64,000 nt of DNA from Abditibacteriaceae bacterium. Lineage in GTDB: Bacteria > Armatimonadota > Abditibacteriia > Abditibacteriales > Abditibacteriaceae. The notes beneath the pieces were generated by a model. That model was not told the DNA's origin, ran no database searches, and saw only the letters and a program-made list of their open reading frames with translations. The translations under genes were made by a program, and so were the position numbers. Each line of letters starts with the position of its first letter. The stretch's first letter is position 1. Shown one piece after another: positions 10,136 through 19,546 of the stretch. Location of the stretch: contig OZ255721.1 of NCBI GenBank assembly GCA_965277285.1, positions 1,440,001 through 1,504,000 of the forward strand, in the 5' to 3' direction.

Positions 10136-12160
10136 TTAAAAGCGGCTCAAGCGATACAAAACGCAGCGATCATAGCCTTTGGCCAAATCTTCGACACCGA
10201 CATATTCGCAGCGAAAACTTTCGCCGGCTTCAATGGCCAGCAGCGACGCAAATTGATCGGTCGTAAAAGCGCAGCCTGGCGTCGTGACGGGTTCGATGCG
10301 CGCGGCGCGGTTGACATGAGCGCCAAAGAAATTGGTGCGCCCGATGATTTTGTCCTGCGTCGCATACACCGGCCCAGCGTGAATGCCCATGCGAATTGTG
10401 GTATCGGGCGGCAAATCGAACTTCGTCCAGTCGGTTCTTTCGATGCGCTCCAACAAGCGCAAGGCGAAATCGGCGCACGAGGTTGGGTTCTCGAAGACGA
10501 GAAATAATCCGTCTCCCCACGTATTAGCAAAAACAGGTTGATGCGATGAAGCCGCGATTTCACGCGCTACCACGCCTAAAAACGACACGAAAAACGCGGG
10601 CGTTTGCTCCTCGCGCAGCTTGCTGAAGTTCTTCACATCAGCAAACAACATCGCCCTGACATGACGAGAACGCTGCTTTTCTTTGCGCGCGGTTTTTTCT
10701 GCGCCTTGATTTGCGTTAAGGTTCCCAGAGTGCGCCGAAACTTGTGCGGGTTCTTCTGTTTCCGCAGGAAGCAAACGCGCAATTTCAATGATCTGCGCTT
10801 TTTCCACGTACCCGCCTGACGAATCGTTTTGCGTACGCGCCAGCGTATTCCAACGAGCAACGAATTGACTGATCTCGTTCCCATGCAGCAATCGAGTACT
10901 CGATTGGCGCGCCTTTTCTTGAACCGGAGTATTGTCTTCTATGGCGGCCAGAACGCAAACGGGCGCATCCATTTCGCGCGCGTGCGTCAAGGCCAAGCCT
11001 TGCGTGACATCGGCAGCGAAATCGAACAGCACAGAATCGTTGAGGAAATTTTCGCGTGTTACAACGTGAACTTGCGTCGCGCATTCAAGGAGTTTGTCAC
11101 AGCGTTCGCGCCATGAAGCCGCTTCCGGTGCCGCAAGATCAATCTCGTCGGAACCGAAATTGTCGCGTTCGGCGGGCACGATGAGATGCAATTCGCCGCC
11201 GCGTTCGAGCAAAAGTTCCGCGAACAAAGTGTTGGCGCCCGGCGTTGGCCAGCAGTAACCGATGTTCGCATCGAGCAAGCTCAAACGTTCCTTGATTGCG
11301 GCGCGTAACGAAAGGTTTTCTTCTTCTAAGAAATCCTGGGTTTCGCCGAGGAAAGCGACAACGCGCCCGGGATGAAAAATCGCTTTGACGATTTCGGCGC
11401 CTTCGATTTTCTCTTGCAACAACGTGATATTGCGGCGCATCGAACTCAAATCTCCGCGTCGTCCAGCAGCGGCTTGTGCGGCTTTGCGATACCAGTTCGC
11501 TGACGCGGAAAGTTCGCCCAGAACCAGAAACGCTTCGCCCAAAGTCGCCAGCAGCCACGCATCGTTTTTGCGACTGCGCCCGTTGCGTTCGTTTTGCGCG
11601 TGTTCAATCGCCTGCCTCGCCAGTTCGTGCGCGCGCATTTTGTGTCCCGCCAAAAGTGACATCGTGGCCGCGTTGATGAGAGGAAACGAATTGTCCACGA
11701 CTTGTGCGCCGCGCGTATAAAATACGGCAGATTCTTCGGCCAGTTTGCGCCGCTTGGTTTTTTGCGCGGACGGCGTGCGTTCATAGCGATCTTTGGCCAA
11801 GCGGCCCAGTAGCGACAAAGTTTCCGATTCGAGTACTCGATCTAAAGACGTTTCCTGTAAAAGGGTTTGCGCATATTCGTTCGCTTTGGAGGAATTGCCG
11901 CCGCGCGCCAGAGAAAGAGAGCGCCAGTATTGCAAATCGTGGTTTTGAGGATGAATCGTTAAGCCTTCGCGCGCCGTTTCAAAAGCGCGCGCCGGATGAC
12001 CCGCGCCCAGCAAGCGTCGCGTAAAGGCGATGTACAGCCGCGCGTCCTGCTGCCACAAAACGCGATGCGCTTCATTGTTATAAAGGCGCAACAGTTCGAG
12101 AACCGATGCGCCTTTTGCGTCCAAGCGTTTGAGAATCGCCGCAACGGTAATTTTGGCCAT
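10136..12160 (-). CDS. Class III nucleotidyl cyclase with an N-terminal TPR/DUF4071-like (TRAF-binding-like) region
   Basis: Cyclase motifs LFADVKNFS, NTWGDG, RMGIHAGPV, GAHVNRAARIEP; N-terminal LLGRLAKD, FPLINAATM, WLLATLGEA motifs. Confidence 0.85.
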   Translation of the reverse strand: MAKITVAAILKRLDAKGASVLELLRLYNNEAHRVLWQQDARLYIAFTRRLLGAGHPARAFETAREGLTIHPQNHDLQYWRSLSLARGGNSSKANEYAQTLLQETSLDRVLESETLSLLGRLAKDRYERTPSAQKTKRRKLAEESAVFYTRGAQVVDNSFPLINAATMSLLAGHKMRAHELARQAIEHAQNERNGRSRKNDAWLLATLGEAFLVLGELSASANWYRKAAQAAAGRRGDLSSMRRNITLLQEKIEGAEIVKAIFHPGRVVAFLGETQDFLEEENLSLRAAIKERLSLLDANIGYCWPTPGANTLFAELLLERGGELHLIVPAERDNFGSDEIDLAAPEAASWRERCDKLLECATQVHVVTRENFLNDSVLFDFAADVTQGLALTHAREMDAPVCVLAAIEDNTPVQEKARQSSTRLLHGNEISQFVARWNTLARTQNDSSGGYVEKAQIIEIARLLPAETEEPAQVSAHSGNLNANQGAEKTARKEKQRSRHVRAMLFADVKNFSKLREEQTPAFFVSFLGVVAREIAASSHQPVFANTWGDGLFLVFENPTSCADFALRLLERIERTDWTKFDLPPDTTIRMGIHAGPVYATQDKIIGRTNFFGAHVNRAARIEPVTTPGCAFTTDQFASLLAIEAGESFRCEYVGVEDLAKGYDRCVLYRLSRF

Positions 12161-12189
12161 ACGTTTTGATCCGGCAAAATGACGACAAT

Positions 12190-12477
12190 TTACTCGCCTT
12201 TTTCAATTTTGTAACCCAACGCGATGATCGTGCGCAAGGTTTGCAACGCCGTGTTGCGGTCGTATTCTTTCTCCGATTCGTCCAATTCTTCATACGCCAC
12301 CAAGCCTGGATGCTCGCGGCGTTCATCGTTGCGTTGCGCGCCATAGCTCCAGCCTTCGTTCATGCGACCTTGCGCCCACACTTCGTGGATGTTGCGCGCC
12401 AAAAGCTCGGTCAACTCCAAAATCTCCGGCGCCAATTCGGTGTGCGCTGTATCCAAAGGTTGCGGTTGATAAGCCAT
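12190..12477 (-). CDS. Stand-alone RyR (ryanodine receptor repeat) domain protein
   Basis: YQPQPLDT...ELLARNIHEVWA...GWSYG..RND...HPGLVAYEEL...EKEYDR matches the RyR domain pattern; RBS AAGGA upstream. Confidence 0.88.
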   Translation of the reverse strand: MAYQPQPLDTAHTELAPEILELTELLARNIHEVWAQGRMNEGWSYGAQRNDERREHPGLVAYEELDESEKEYDRNTALQTLRTIIALGYKIEKGE

Positions 12478-12635
12478 GAATTCCTTTTAGCTGAGGGTTT
12501 TGAAGCCCCAGAACGAACGCGATTATATCAAAGCTCTCGGGTACTTAAGTGTTACGGATTTTACACCGAAGGCATTTGCGCAAAACGCGCGATTCCGCCA
12601 TACTGCGCCCCACAACGGCGCAAAGGAAATCGTCT

Positions 12636-13523
12636 ATGAACGAACTCTCTTCCCCCGACGAAACGGCGCAACTGCAACAAACCATCGCGCGACAGAACGA
12701 TGAAATCGTGCGTTTGCAAAGCCGACTGAACGACGAACGCACTGCGCAAGATTTGAAGGACGCTTTGACGCTGGCCGTCGCAACAGGCAAGCTGTCGGCT
12801 CCGGTTTCGCACGGGCGCCTTTTAGAAATGATCGTCGCCACAGCCGCGCAAGTCATTTCATCGAATGCAGCTTCTTTGTTATTGATAGATGAAACCGCGC
12901 AAGACCTGATTTTTGAAGTCGCGCTGGGTCAAAAAGCTGACGCTGTGAAGCGGTTTCATGTGCCTTTGGGACACGGCATCGCCGGTTTGGTTGCGGCAAC
13001 CGGACAACCGATGGCAATTTCCAATGCGCAAAACGATGCGCGCCACGCGTCCAATATTTCCAGCGACATCGATTACAAACCGCAAAGCATTTTGTGTGTG
13101 CCTTTGTTTTACAGCGACCGCATTATCGGCGTTCTCGAACTGCTGGACAAGCGCGACAAAAGCAACGTGATTACAACCTTCACGCCCGCCGATATTGAAA
13201 CGCTGGGACATTTCGCCAATCAAGCCGCCGTTGCCATCGAACAATCGCGCGCACAAGATAATCTTTCGAGTTTATTGGCGCAAACGTTAGGCGATTCGCA
13301 ACTTTCGACGGAACGAGCAAACAGTTTTCTGTCAAACATCGAAACTGATGCGGCTTATCGGCGCACGCTGGAATTAGCGACTCTGGTGCGCGACATTGCA
13401 CACTCTGGCGAAAGCGAGACTCTGGCGTGCGAAAAGATATTGCGCTCTTTCGCAGATTATTTGCGTGCGCGTCCTGACGCACAATCGAGTACTCGAATGG
13501 ACGATTCGGGAGCGATGTTATGA
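12636..13523 (+). CDS. GAF-domain protein with an N-terminal coiled coil and no output domain
   Basis: ASLLLID..LIFEVA..GHGIAGLVAATGQP...SILCVPL...IIGVLELLDK...FT..D...L..FANQAA; RBS AAGGA before ATG 12636. Confidence 0.88.
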   Translation: MNELSSPDETAQLQQTIARQNDEIVRLQSRLNDERTAQDLKDALTLAVATGKLSAPVSHGRLLEMIVATAAQVISSNAASLLLIDETAQDLIFEVALGQKADAVKRFHVPLGHGIAGLVAATGQPMAISNAQNDARHASNISSDIDYKPQSILCVPLFYSDRIIGVLELLDKRDKSNVITTFTPADIETLGHFANQAAVAIEQSRAQDNLSSLLAQTLGDSQLSTERANSFLSNIETDAAYRRTLELATLVRDIAHSGESETLACEKILRSFADYLRARPDAQSSTRMDDSGAML

Positions 13524-14428
13524 GCAATCCCGAAGGCGCCGCGCCAACTTCGATTGCGTCAACTGCGATAAAGCCGTCGGAGCAACCGTTGGCGCCTGCG
13601 GCTCCGGCGGGGCGCGAAGGTCGTCCGGCGTATAGCGTGCAATTTGAAAGCGATGTGTTGCAGCGCTTGCAGCCGCTGGCGCCGATGGAACAAATCACGC
13701 GCGAATGGGCGTGGGGCGAAGGCAGCGGCGCCGGTGTCAAAGTCGCCATTATCGACAGCGGCGTGGACGCTTCACATCCCGATGTGGGAACTGTCAACGG
13801 TTATATTGCGATTCGAGAAAATCCGAGCGGCTTGATTTACGATGATAAGCCGCACGAAGATGCGTTTGGTCATGGAACCGCGTGCGCCGGAATCGTGCGC
13901 AGGCTGGCGCCGCAATGCGAGATTTACAGCGTCAAGGTTTTGGGTTTTGGCTTGATGGGGCGCGGCAGCGTGTTCGCGGCGGGCGTGCGCTGGGCGCTGG
14001 ATAACGGGATGCAGGTTTGCAACATGAGTTTGGGCACGACCAAAGCCGATTTCTTCAGCACGTTGCACGAACTGGCCGACCGCGCGTATTTTCAAAACGT
14101 GATGCTCGTCACAGCCGCCAACAATATGCCGATTCCCAGTTTTCCGTCGGTTTATTCGTCGGTGATTTCGGTCGCCGCGCATGATGTCGAAGACCCGTAT
14201 TTGTTTTATTACAACCCGCATCCGCCCGTCGAGTTTGGCGCGCCCGGCATCAATGTGCGCGTCGCCTGGCAAAACCGCGATTACCTGACGGCGACCGGAA
14301 ATTCTTTTGCGTGTCCGCACATCACGGGTTTGGTGACGAAGATTTTAGGTCAGCATCCGGGTTTGACGGTGTTCCAGATGAAGATGATTCTGCGCGCCCT
14401 GTGCGCCAACGTGAGTACCGAACCATGA
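13520..14428 (+). CDS. Small cytoplasmic S8 (subtilisin-like) serine peptidase
   Basis: IIDSGVD, HGTACAG, GNSFACP triad; no signal peptide; ATGA overlap with the GAF gene. Confidence 0.9.
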   Translation: MSNPEGAAPTSIASTAIKPSEQPLAPAAPAGREGRPAYSVQFESDVLQRLQPLAPMEQITREWAWGEGSGAGVKVAIIDSGVDASHPDVGTVNGYIAIRENPSGLIYDDKPHEDAFGHGTACAGIVRRLAPQCEIYSVKVLGFGLMGRGSVFAAGVRWALDNGMQVCNMSLGTTKADFFSTLHELADRAYFQNVMLVTAANNMPIPSFPSVYSSVISVAAHDVEDPYLFYYNPHPPVEFGAPGINVRVAWQNRDYLTATGNSFACPHITGLVTKILGQHPGLTVFQMKMILRALCANVSTEP

Positions 14429-14436
14429 AAACTAAT

Positions 14437-14506
14437 TCGTAGGGGCTTGGCGTACCAAGTCCGCTCCAATTCCACGCACGAGGCTTGGCACGCCAAGCCC
14501 CTACGA
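14437..14506. repeat. GTAG-type REP-like inverted pair
   Basis: TCGTAGGGGCTTGGCGT...ACGCCAAGCCCCTACGA. Confidence 0.75.
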
Positions 14507-14541
14507 GTTGCTGCAGCATCAATAAAATTGGGTACTCGATT

Positions 14542-15240
14542 ATGGCTTTAATTCGATTAACAGACGACGAGATGCGCGGCATTCCTTTATTTGAAGGCTT
14601 GACGCCGAAGCAGTTGCGCGTTTTGCATGGGCTGCTACATCGAAAAACCTTCACTGCGGGTTTGTCGGTTATCATCGAAGAAGACGCCGGTGATGTCGCG
14701 TATATTGTGCTGAGTGGAACCGTCAAAATCGAGGTCGCGGGCAGCGATGACAGCGAAGTCATTTTGGCGATTTTAGGCGAAGGCGAAACTGTGGGCGAAA
14801 TGAGCTTGGTCGACGGCTTTGATCGTTCGGCCAGTGTCGTCGCTTTGGAAGAAGTCGTTCTGGTATGGATCGAGCGCGCCGCGTTTCTGGAATGCTTGCG
14901 CACTATGCCTGCCATGACATTTAACCTGACACGCATTTTGTCGCGTCGCGTGCGGCTTTGCAACGCGCAAGTTCAATCGCTGGCGAGTCTGGATGTTCCA
15001 GGTCGCGTCGCGCGGCAACTGCTGGCGTTTGCGCGCGAATATGGGCAATCGACAAAAGATGGAGGGACGCTCATTCCCTTGCGCCTGACGCAAAACGACA
15101 TCGCGGGTTTGGTCGGTGCATCACGAGCGCGCGTCAATCAAACGCTGGTCGGCTGGAAGCGCCGCAAAACCATCAGCGTGGGCGCCAATCATCGCATTGT
15201 CATTCATAATCTGGCGGTTTTGCAGGCGCGTTGCAAGTAA
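14542..15240 (+). CDS. Crp/Fnr family transcriptional regulator
   Basis: cNMP-binding motif GETVGEMSL...RSASVVA; C-terminal HTH LTQNDIAGLVGASRARVNQ. Confidence 0.93.
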   Translation: MALIRLTDDEMRGIPLFEGLTPKQLRVLHGLLHRKTFTAGLSVIIEEDAGDVAYIVLSGTVKIEVAGSDDSEVILAILGEGETVGEMSLVDGFDRSASVVALEEVVLVWIERAAFLECLRTMPAMTFNLTRILSRRVRLCNAQVQSLASLDVPGRVARQLLAFAREYGQSTKDGGTLIPLRLTQNDIAGLVGASRARVNQTLVGWKRRKTISVGANHRIVIHNLAVLQARCK

Positions 15241-15269
15241 AGGATTCGAGTACTCGATTGTGATTTTCC

Positions 15270-15285
15270 TGTGACGAATTTGACA
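15270..15285 (+). promoter_or_regulatory. Putative CRP-family binding site
   Basis: TGTGA-CGAATT-TGACA, one mismatch to TGTGA-N6-TCACA, directly downstream of the crp gene. Confidence 0.5.
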
Positions 15286-15420
15286 GAACGGGTGTTATGC
15301 ACTTGACAGCACGGACGCGACACGGCGGCGTATATTTAGTTCAGTTGCAACGACGAAGATGGCCAAAAAAGACGTTGCAAAGACTTCATGGAAACTTCAC
15401 ATTCGGGCGGTAAAAAGGAT

Positions 15421-15450
15421 TTGACAAATCCCACAAGTTCGCGTTATGAT
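15421..15450 (+). promoter_or_regulatory. Sigma70-type promoter for the precursor genes
   Basis: TTGACA (15421-26), 18 nt spacer, TATGAT (15445-50). Confidence 0.65.
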
Positions 15451-15610
15451 GTGCGCGTTACCCACCGAAAGTTGAACTGGTTGAAGTTCTTCGCGTTGTT
15501 GCTTTTTGTTCGAGACCCCAGCGACGTTTTTCAAAGCGTCGCAGCCAAAAATATGCAGGTTCGGGCGGCCTGGGGGTTTGCCCGAAAAAATTAGCAAGGA
15601 GAAAATTCTC

Positions 15611-15886
15611 ATGTCCCAACAGCCCAATCAGCCGACACAGCAGGAAATCGACCAAGTGCGCGCCGCCACAACGCAAATCGCCGAGCGCGCCAAGAACGAT
15701 GCCGCTTTCAAACAGCAATTGCTGGATGATCCGCAAAGCACGCTCAAAGCCGCTGGTTTGCCCGAAGCGGCCATCGCTGAAATCGGCAAAAAGTCTGGCG
15801 ACGACGTGTCCGGCTACGTTCAATACGCCGATTGCACTTACTACACCGACTACGTTGTTTACGGCTGCACTTATTACACCTATTGA
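15611..15886 (+). CDS. Lanthipeptide precursor A1 (NHLP-like leader; core ...YVQYADCTYYTDYVVYGCTYYTY)
   Basis: RBS AAGGAG; 91 aa; leader AERAKNDAAFKQQLLDDPQSTLKAAGL resembles nitrile-hydratase-like leaders; Cys/Thr/Tyr-rich tail; adjacent to LanL. Confidence 0.88.
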   Translation: MSQQPNQPTQQEIDQVRAATTQIAERAKNDAAFKQQLLDDPQSTLKAAGLPEAAIAEIGKKSGDDVSGYVQYADCTYYTDYVVYGCTYYTY

Positions 15887-15933
15887 TTCAACGGGTGGAG
15901 CAAGCGCCAACGACCGCAATGGAGAAAACGCTT

Positions 15934-16215
15934 ATGTCCCAACAGCCCAATCAGCCGACACAGCAGGAAATCGACCAGGTGCGCGCCGCCACAACGCAAA
16001 TCGCCGAACGTGCCAAGAACGATGCCGCTTTCAAACAGCAATTGCTGGATGATCCGCAAAGCACGCTCAAGGCCGCTGGTTTGCCCGAAGCGGCCATCGC
16101 CGAAATCGGCAAGAAATCTGACGGGGACGTGTCCGGCTACTCGGGTTACATTGGCGATGGCTCCTGCGCGTATTACACCGACGACACTTACGGTTGCAAC
16201 TACTACACCGCGTAA
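15934..16215 (+). CDS. Lanthipeptide precursor A2 (core ...YSGYIGDGSCAYYTDDTYGCNYYTA)
   Basis: RBS GGAG; 93 aa; leader nearly identical to A1, core divergent. Confidence 0.88.
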   Translation: MSQQPNQPTQQEIDQVRAATTQIAERAKNDAAFKQQLLDDPQSTLKAAGLPEAAIAEIGKKSDGDVSGYSGYIGDGSCAYYTDDTYGCNYYTA

Positions 16216-16266
16216 GGCGTATTGGTGTAGCAGCACAAACAGGCGACCGCCGTGGAGAGAATTCCA

Positions 16267-16545
16267 ATGTCTCAACAGCTCAATCAACCGACGCAACAGG
16301 AAATCGATCAGGTGCGCGCCAAAACGCAGCAGATCAGCGAACGCGCCAAGAGCGACGCGGCTTTCAAACAGCAGTTGCTGGATGATCCGCAAAGCACGCT
16401 CAAAGCCGCTGGTTTGCCGGAGGGAGCCATCGCCGAAATCAACAAGAAGTTCGGCGGCGATGTCTCCGGTTACGGCCAATACACCCAGGTCGAATGGTAT
16501 TACACCGCGCAATATACTTGGGATTGCACCGAATATACGGGTTAG
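16267..16545 (+). CDS. Lanthipeptide precursor A3 (core ...YGQYTQVEWYYTAQYTWDCTEYTG)
   Basis: RBS GGAG; 92 aa; conserved leader ending DVSGY, core divergent. Confidence 0.88.
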   Translation: MSQQLNQPTQQEIDQVRAKTQQISERAKSDAAFKQQLLDDPQSTLKAAGLPEGAIAEINKKFGGDVSGYGQYTQVEWYYTAQYTWDCTEYTG

Positions 16546-16570
16546 TTCGCGGGTTGTCACCGTAAAAACA

Positions 16571-16605
16571 CGACCGCCGCAGCTTGAGAAAGCTAACGGC
16601 GGTCG
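16571..16605 (+). terminator. Stem-loop after the precursor genes (attenuator or mRNA stabiliser)
   Basis: CGACCGCCG-CAGCT...AGCTAA-CGGCGGTCG hairpin with a weak U tail. Confidence 0.6.
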
Positions 16606-16665
16606 TTGTCTATCCGTTACCTGTCGAAAGAAAACAGCTATCGAGTACTCGATAAATGCGACGCG

Positions 16666-19413
16666 ATGAAACCACCAGATTCGACGAACTCTGCCCCTGG
16701 AAATGAGCCAAACGATTCGTTCTTGCAGACGCTCGAAACGCTTTTCGCGTCCCTGAACGCCGCCGAACACTGGCGCCTGGAATCAAGCGCCGCTTCGCCG
16801 TGGATTCGCGTTGTTCCCAAAAACGACGTCACGCCGCCGCAAGGCTGGAAATTGCACGTTTCCGCCGCCTCGTTTTCGGCACTTGAGGTTTTAAGTCGCG
16901 CCTTGCCGGTTTTGTTGCAGGAAAAAGCGTGCTTCAAAGTCGCGGCATCCACACATATTTTGGACGCACTCAACAGCGGCAGCGGCGGCCTCAGTCAAAT
17001 CGGCAAATTCCTCACGGTTTATCCCGCCGACGACGCGCAAGCCGTTCGCCTGGCCGTTGCATTAGACAACGCCACGCGCGGACTTCGTGGCCCGACGATT
17101 TTAACCGACGGCGCTTTGAACGCGCAAAGCCTGGTACATTACCGTTATGGCGATTTCAGCAGCCAACGCTTGCAAACGCCGACCGGCGAAAGCGTGCCCG
17201 CCATCACAGCGCCCAACGGCGAACTCGTCCCCGACCCGCGCGCCACCTTTTACGTGCAGCCGCCGTGGGTGAACGATCCGTTTATCGCCGCGGGAATTGC
17301 GACGCAGCCATCGCCGCAAAACGCTTTGATTGGCAATCGCTATCTTAAAACCGGACAACTTTTTCAATCGCCCAGCGGAACAATTTGGATGGCGGTTGAC
17401 ACACACAGCGGCGAGCGTTGCATTCTCAAAATGGCGCGCCGCGATGCCGCACTCAAACCCGATGGACGCGACGCGCGCGATCGCTTGCGCAATGAATACA
17501 AAGCATTGACCTGTTTACAGCAGAATGGCGAAGACAAACGCTTTCCGCGCGCGCTCGATTTGCTGGAAGAAAACGGCGACTTGTTTTTGGTGCAGGAAGA
17601 TGTCGAAGGCGAGCGTTTGGATAAACATCTTTTGGAGCTTCGCACGCAAGGACGCTTGCTTTCGAGTACTCGAATCGCGGATTGGGGCGCGCAAATCGCC
17701 GCCATGCTGCAAACCATTCACGACAAAGGCTGGATTTACCGCGACTTGAAACCGTCCAACGTTTTCATCGCACCAGATGGAACCTTGCGCCTGATCGACT
17801 TCGACATCGCGCATGAGATTTCTTATCCATTAGCGCCGATGGGCAAAGGCACGCGCGGCTACATTTCTCCCCAAGCCGCGCAAGGCGAAGTTTCAATTTC
17901 CGATGACATTTATTCGCTGGGCGCGCTATTATTTTTCGCCGTCACCAACGCTGAACCTTCCGAATCCGCGCAGCCATTCGACCTTTTGAAACGCCCTTTG
18001 CGCCTGCTAAATCCTCATCTCGACGAACGATTGGAACAGATTATTGCGCACTGTCTGGGGTCACAGAAAGCGGAACGTTTCTCCTCCGCCACGGATGTAG
18101 AAAGCTCCTTGAAAGCAATCGAGTACTCGAAAACTCGTTCCGTTGTTTCGATTGTTAAAAATGCGAATGACATCGTACAACGTTGCCGTGAGTACGCGCG
18201 ACGTTTGGGCGATTCGATTTGCGAAGAAGCGCAGATTTCGCCTGATGGACACGGGCTTTGGTGGCCAAATGCGCTTGACGCCACACAGCCGCCATCGCGC
18301 GACTTGGCAATGGGCAATAGCGGAACTTTGCTCGCGTTGGCCGAAATTGTCGCAGAATTGAAGACCAAAAAACACCGTGAAACGTTGATGATGGGCGCTC
18401 AAACTTTGGCGAATGCGCCGCGTCCCGCTTCGCGCAAAATGGCCGGACTTTACATCGGCGAAGCGGGCGTCGGCGCCGCCTTGTTGCGCGCCGGTCAAAT
18501 CCTGAAAAACGACGACTTGATCGAAGCCGCAACCGAACAAAGTCGCTGGGTCGCAGCGCAGCCGCACTCTTCGCCCGATTTATTTAACGGCACAGCGGGA
18601 CGCCTGCGCTTTCACTTATTTCTGTGGGACGCAACTGGCGAGCGCGAACATTTGCAATTCGCAATCGAAGCGGGCGAAACGTTGCTGAACACGGCGCAAC
18701 ACGTTGCAACAGACGAACTTTGTTGGCCCGAACACACGCCGCAGAGTGCCAAGAAAGTGCTGGGCTACGCGCATGGCGCGGCAGGAATCGCAGACAGCTT
18801 GCTCGATTTATTTGAAGTCACACACGACGAACGGTTCGCGGATGCCGCGCGCCAAACCGCCAATTGGTTGTCGCGCCAGGCGGTTCGAGTACTCGATGAC
18901 GGAAGCGGCCTGGCGTGGCCTTTTGCACAAGGTTCGATTGTGGCAACGCCGTTCTGGTGTCACGGCGCGTGCGGCATCGGGCGCTTTTTCCTTCATGCCG
19001 CAACGTTGAACGTGTTCGATGGCGCATTGGAAATAGCGTCGAAAGCGGCGCGCAGCGTGGCTCTGGGAAGTCGTTGGTCGGGGCCAACGCAGTGCCACGG
19101 TTTGGCTGGAAACATCGAGTTTTTGCTCGATATGTTTCGCGCCACCGACGAAAAAAGTTATCTCGATGACGCGCATTGGTTGTTCCAATTGTTGGAAGCG
19201 TTTGCGGTCGAGCGCAATGGTCAACTGGTTTGGTCGGGTCATTTATCAACGAAGTTCGCGCCGATTTACATGACGGGTTATGCTGGCATCGCCGCGTGTT
19301 TGCTGCGCTTAAGCGATCCGCAACAATTGCCGCACGCGCTCAGCCGCGACAATTTCCGGCGCCGCGATTTAGTGTCAAGCTCAAGCCGCACCAAATCGCT
19401 TGTTGCGAATTAG
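16666..19413 (+). CDS. lanL: Class IV lanthipeptide synthetase (lyase-kinase-LanC cyclase)
   Basis: Lyase GWKLHVS/GKFLTVY/HYRYG; kinase YRDLKPSN/LIDFD/GTRGY; cyclase YAHGAAG, WCHG and CHG retaining the Zn ligands, which separates class IV from class III. Confidence 0.88.
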   Translation: MKPPDSTNSAPGNEPNDSFLQTLETLFASLNAAEHWRLESSAASPWIRVVPKNDVTPPQGWKLHVSAASFSALEVLSRALPVLLQEKACFKVAASTHILDALNSGSGGLSQIGKFLTVYPADDAQAVRLAVALDNATRGLRGPTILTDGALNAQSLVHYRYGDFSSQRLQTPTGESVPAITAPNGELVPDPRATFYVQPPWVNDPFIAAGIATQPSPQNALIGNRYLKTGQLFQSPSGTIWMAVDTHSGERCILKMARRDAALKPDGRDARDRLRNEYKALTCLQQNGEDKRFPRALDLLEENGDLFLVQEDVEGERLDKHLLELRTQGRLLSSTRIADWGAQIAAMLQTIHDKGWIYRDLKPSNVFIAPDGTLRLIDFDIAHEISYPLAPMGKGTRGYISPQAAQGEVSISDDIYSLGALLFFAVTNAEPSESAQPFDLLKRPLRLLNPHLDERLEQIIAHCLGSQKAERFSSATDVESSLKAIEYSKTRSVVSIVKNANDIVQRCREYARRLGDSICEEAQISPDGHGLWWPNALDATQPPSRDLAMGNSGTLLALAEIVAELKTKKHRETLMMGAQTLANAPRPASRKMAGLYIGEAGVGAALLRAGQILKNDDLIEAATEQSRWVAAQPHSSPDLFNGTAGRLRFHLFLWDATGEREHLQFAIEAGETLLNTAQHVATDELCWPEHTPQSAKKVLGYAHGAAGIADSLLDLFEVTHDERFADAARQTANWLSRQAVRVLDDGSGLAWPFAQGSIVATPFWCHGACGIGRFFLHAATLNVFDGALEIASKAARSVALGSRWSGPTQCHGLAGNIEFLLDMFRATDEKSYLDDAHWLFQLLEAFAVERNGQLVWSGHLSTKFAPIYMTGYAGIAACLLRLSDPQQLPHALSRDNFRRRDLVSSSSRTKSLVAN

Positions 19414-19546
19414 AATTTTCATGTTCTGGAATATATGTGGGTCAGGCAGAAAGAATCGAGTACTCGAGTGTCAAAGATTCCGTATTGCTCTACTTCTATC
19501 CGAACCCTGAAACGCTTTGCCATTTTGACCAAGGAGTACGCGATTT

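Noticed and set aside
15611..16545. Near-identical ~200 bp repeats as a non-coding array
   Set aside because: They are the conserved leader-coding parts of three ORFs, each with its own RBS and stop codon.
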